Shown one piece after another: positions 63,343 through 64,000 of a stretch of 64,000 nt of DNA; within the stretch, counting starts at the first letter, position 1; every line of letters starts with the position of its first letter. This stretch comes from an uncultured Planctomycetota bacterium (GTDB lineage Bacteria; Planctomycetota; PLA2; JAEUHO01), in assembly GCA_963752285.1 (NCBI GenBank), contig CAVVXN010000005.1, positions 1,216,001 through 1,280,000 on the forward strand, written 5' to 3'. A program made the position numbers and the translations under genes. The notes under the pieces were generated by a model. That model was given only the letters and a program-made list of their open reading frames with translations, was not told where the DNA came from and searched no databases.

Positions 63343-64000
63343 GTGATCGTCCTCGGGCTCAACGCGTTCGGCCACGACGCGGCCGCGGTGCTCCTCGTGG
63401 ACGGCGAGGTCCGCTTCGCCGCGTCGGAGGAACGCTACGATCGGCGCCGGCACAGCGCGGCGTTCCCGTCCCGGGCGGTGGCCGCCGCCCTCCGAAGCGC
63501 CGGCGTGGACCTCGGCGACGTCGACGTCGTCGCGTTCCCCTGGACGCGCGGCATGGCGCGCGCGCGGAAAGCGCTGTGGGTGCTCCGCGGCCTGCCGCGG
63601 TCCCTCACGTTCCTCTCCGAGCGGCCCGAGGAGGGCGTCCCGGGGCGTCGCGCGTACCTCGCCGCGATGCGAGGGCTCGCCGCGCGTCTCTCGGCGGAGG
63701 GGCTCCGGGCGCCGCTCGTCCGCGTCCCCCACCACCTCGCGCACGCGGTCTCGGCGACCCTGGACCTCGGGGGCCGTCGCGGCGCGGTCCTGACGGCGGA
63801 CGGCATGGGCGAGTGGACGACCGCCGCGGCCTTCGGCGTGGACGGCGGGACGCCGCGCGCGCTCCGGCGCGCGACCTACCCGCACAGCGCGGGCAAGGCC
63901 TACGCCGCGGTCACGTCCTGGCTCGGCTTCCGACCCGAGGCGGACGAGGGAAAGACGATGGGCCTCGCCGCGTACGGCGACCCCGACCATCCGGCCGCGC
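63343..64000 (+). CDS. NodU/CmcH-family carbamoyltransferase (partial, runs off window end)
   Basis: Not in the ORF track; hand translation MIVLGLNAFGHDAAAVLLVDG...EERYDRRRH, PHHLAHA, TADGMGE, YPHSAG..Y, DEGKTMGLAAYG. Confidence 0.9.
   Translation, partial: MIVLGLNAFGHDAAAVLLVDGEVRFAASEERYDRRRHSAAFPSRAVAAALRSAGVDLGDVDVVAFPWTRGMARARKALWVLRGLPRSLTFLSERPEEGVPGRRAYLAAMRGLAARLSAEGLRAPLVRVPHHLAHAVSATLDLGGRRGAVLTADGMGEWTTAAAFGVDGGTPRALRRATYPHSAGKAYAAVTSWLGFRPEADEGKTMGLAAYGDPDHPAA

Overview
Very GC-rich bacterial chromosomal segment, most likely from a planctomycete. This is inferred from planctomycete-style secretins, an ExbB with several ExbDs, a prenyltransferase-repeat protein, a DUF1573/multiheme pair and an EF-P with a PGNW loop. 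About 43 densely packed CDS; no rRNA, tRNA, CRISPR or mobile element could be supported. The main locus (3.0-19.8 kb) has two paralogous ~1000-aa lipoprotein secretins flanking two secreted TPR-like proteins (one ~1270 aa with a coiled coil), ExbB, three ExbDs and a sulfatase-fold protein. No TonB/TolA, pilus ATPase or platform gene is present, so it is a candidate proton-motive-force-powered secretin machine. An orphan ~1820-aa GspK/PilX-like protein with LamG and phage-tail-like repeats lies directly downstream of an ECF sigma/FecR-like pair. The rest comprises an opp ABC operon with two enlarged OppA, murJ-lptD-coaD, a CHASE2 cyclase-SH3-M48 module, an active/degenerate M14 pair, efp, a second ECF/anti-sigma/pseudo-HtrA set, a frameshifted Pro-rich lipoprotein, a tetraheme cytochrome, a partner-switching pair and a partial carbamoyltransferase. 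Non-coding signals include a promoter-driven ~125-nt rod hairpin (6245-6371), a repeated '-10 box + 6 nt + start codon' leaderless architecture, a 35-bp tandem repeat and a possible two-state leader at 63.2 kb. All product calls come from motif recognition by eye; no database searches were run.
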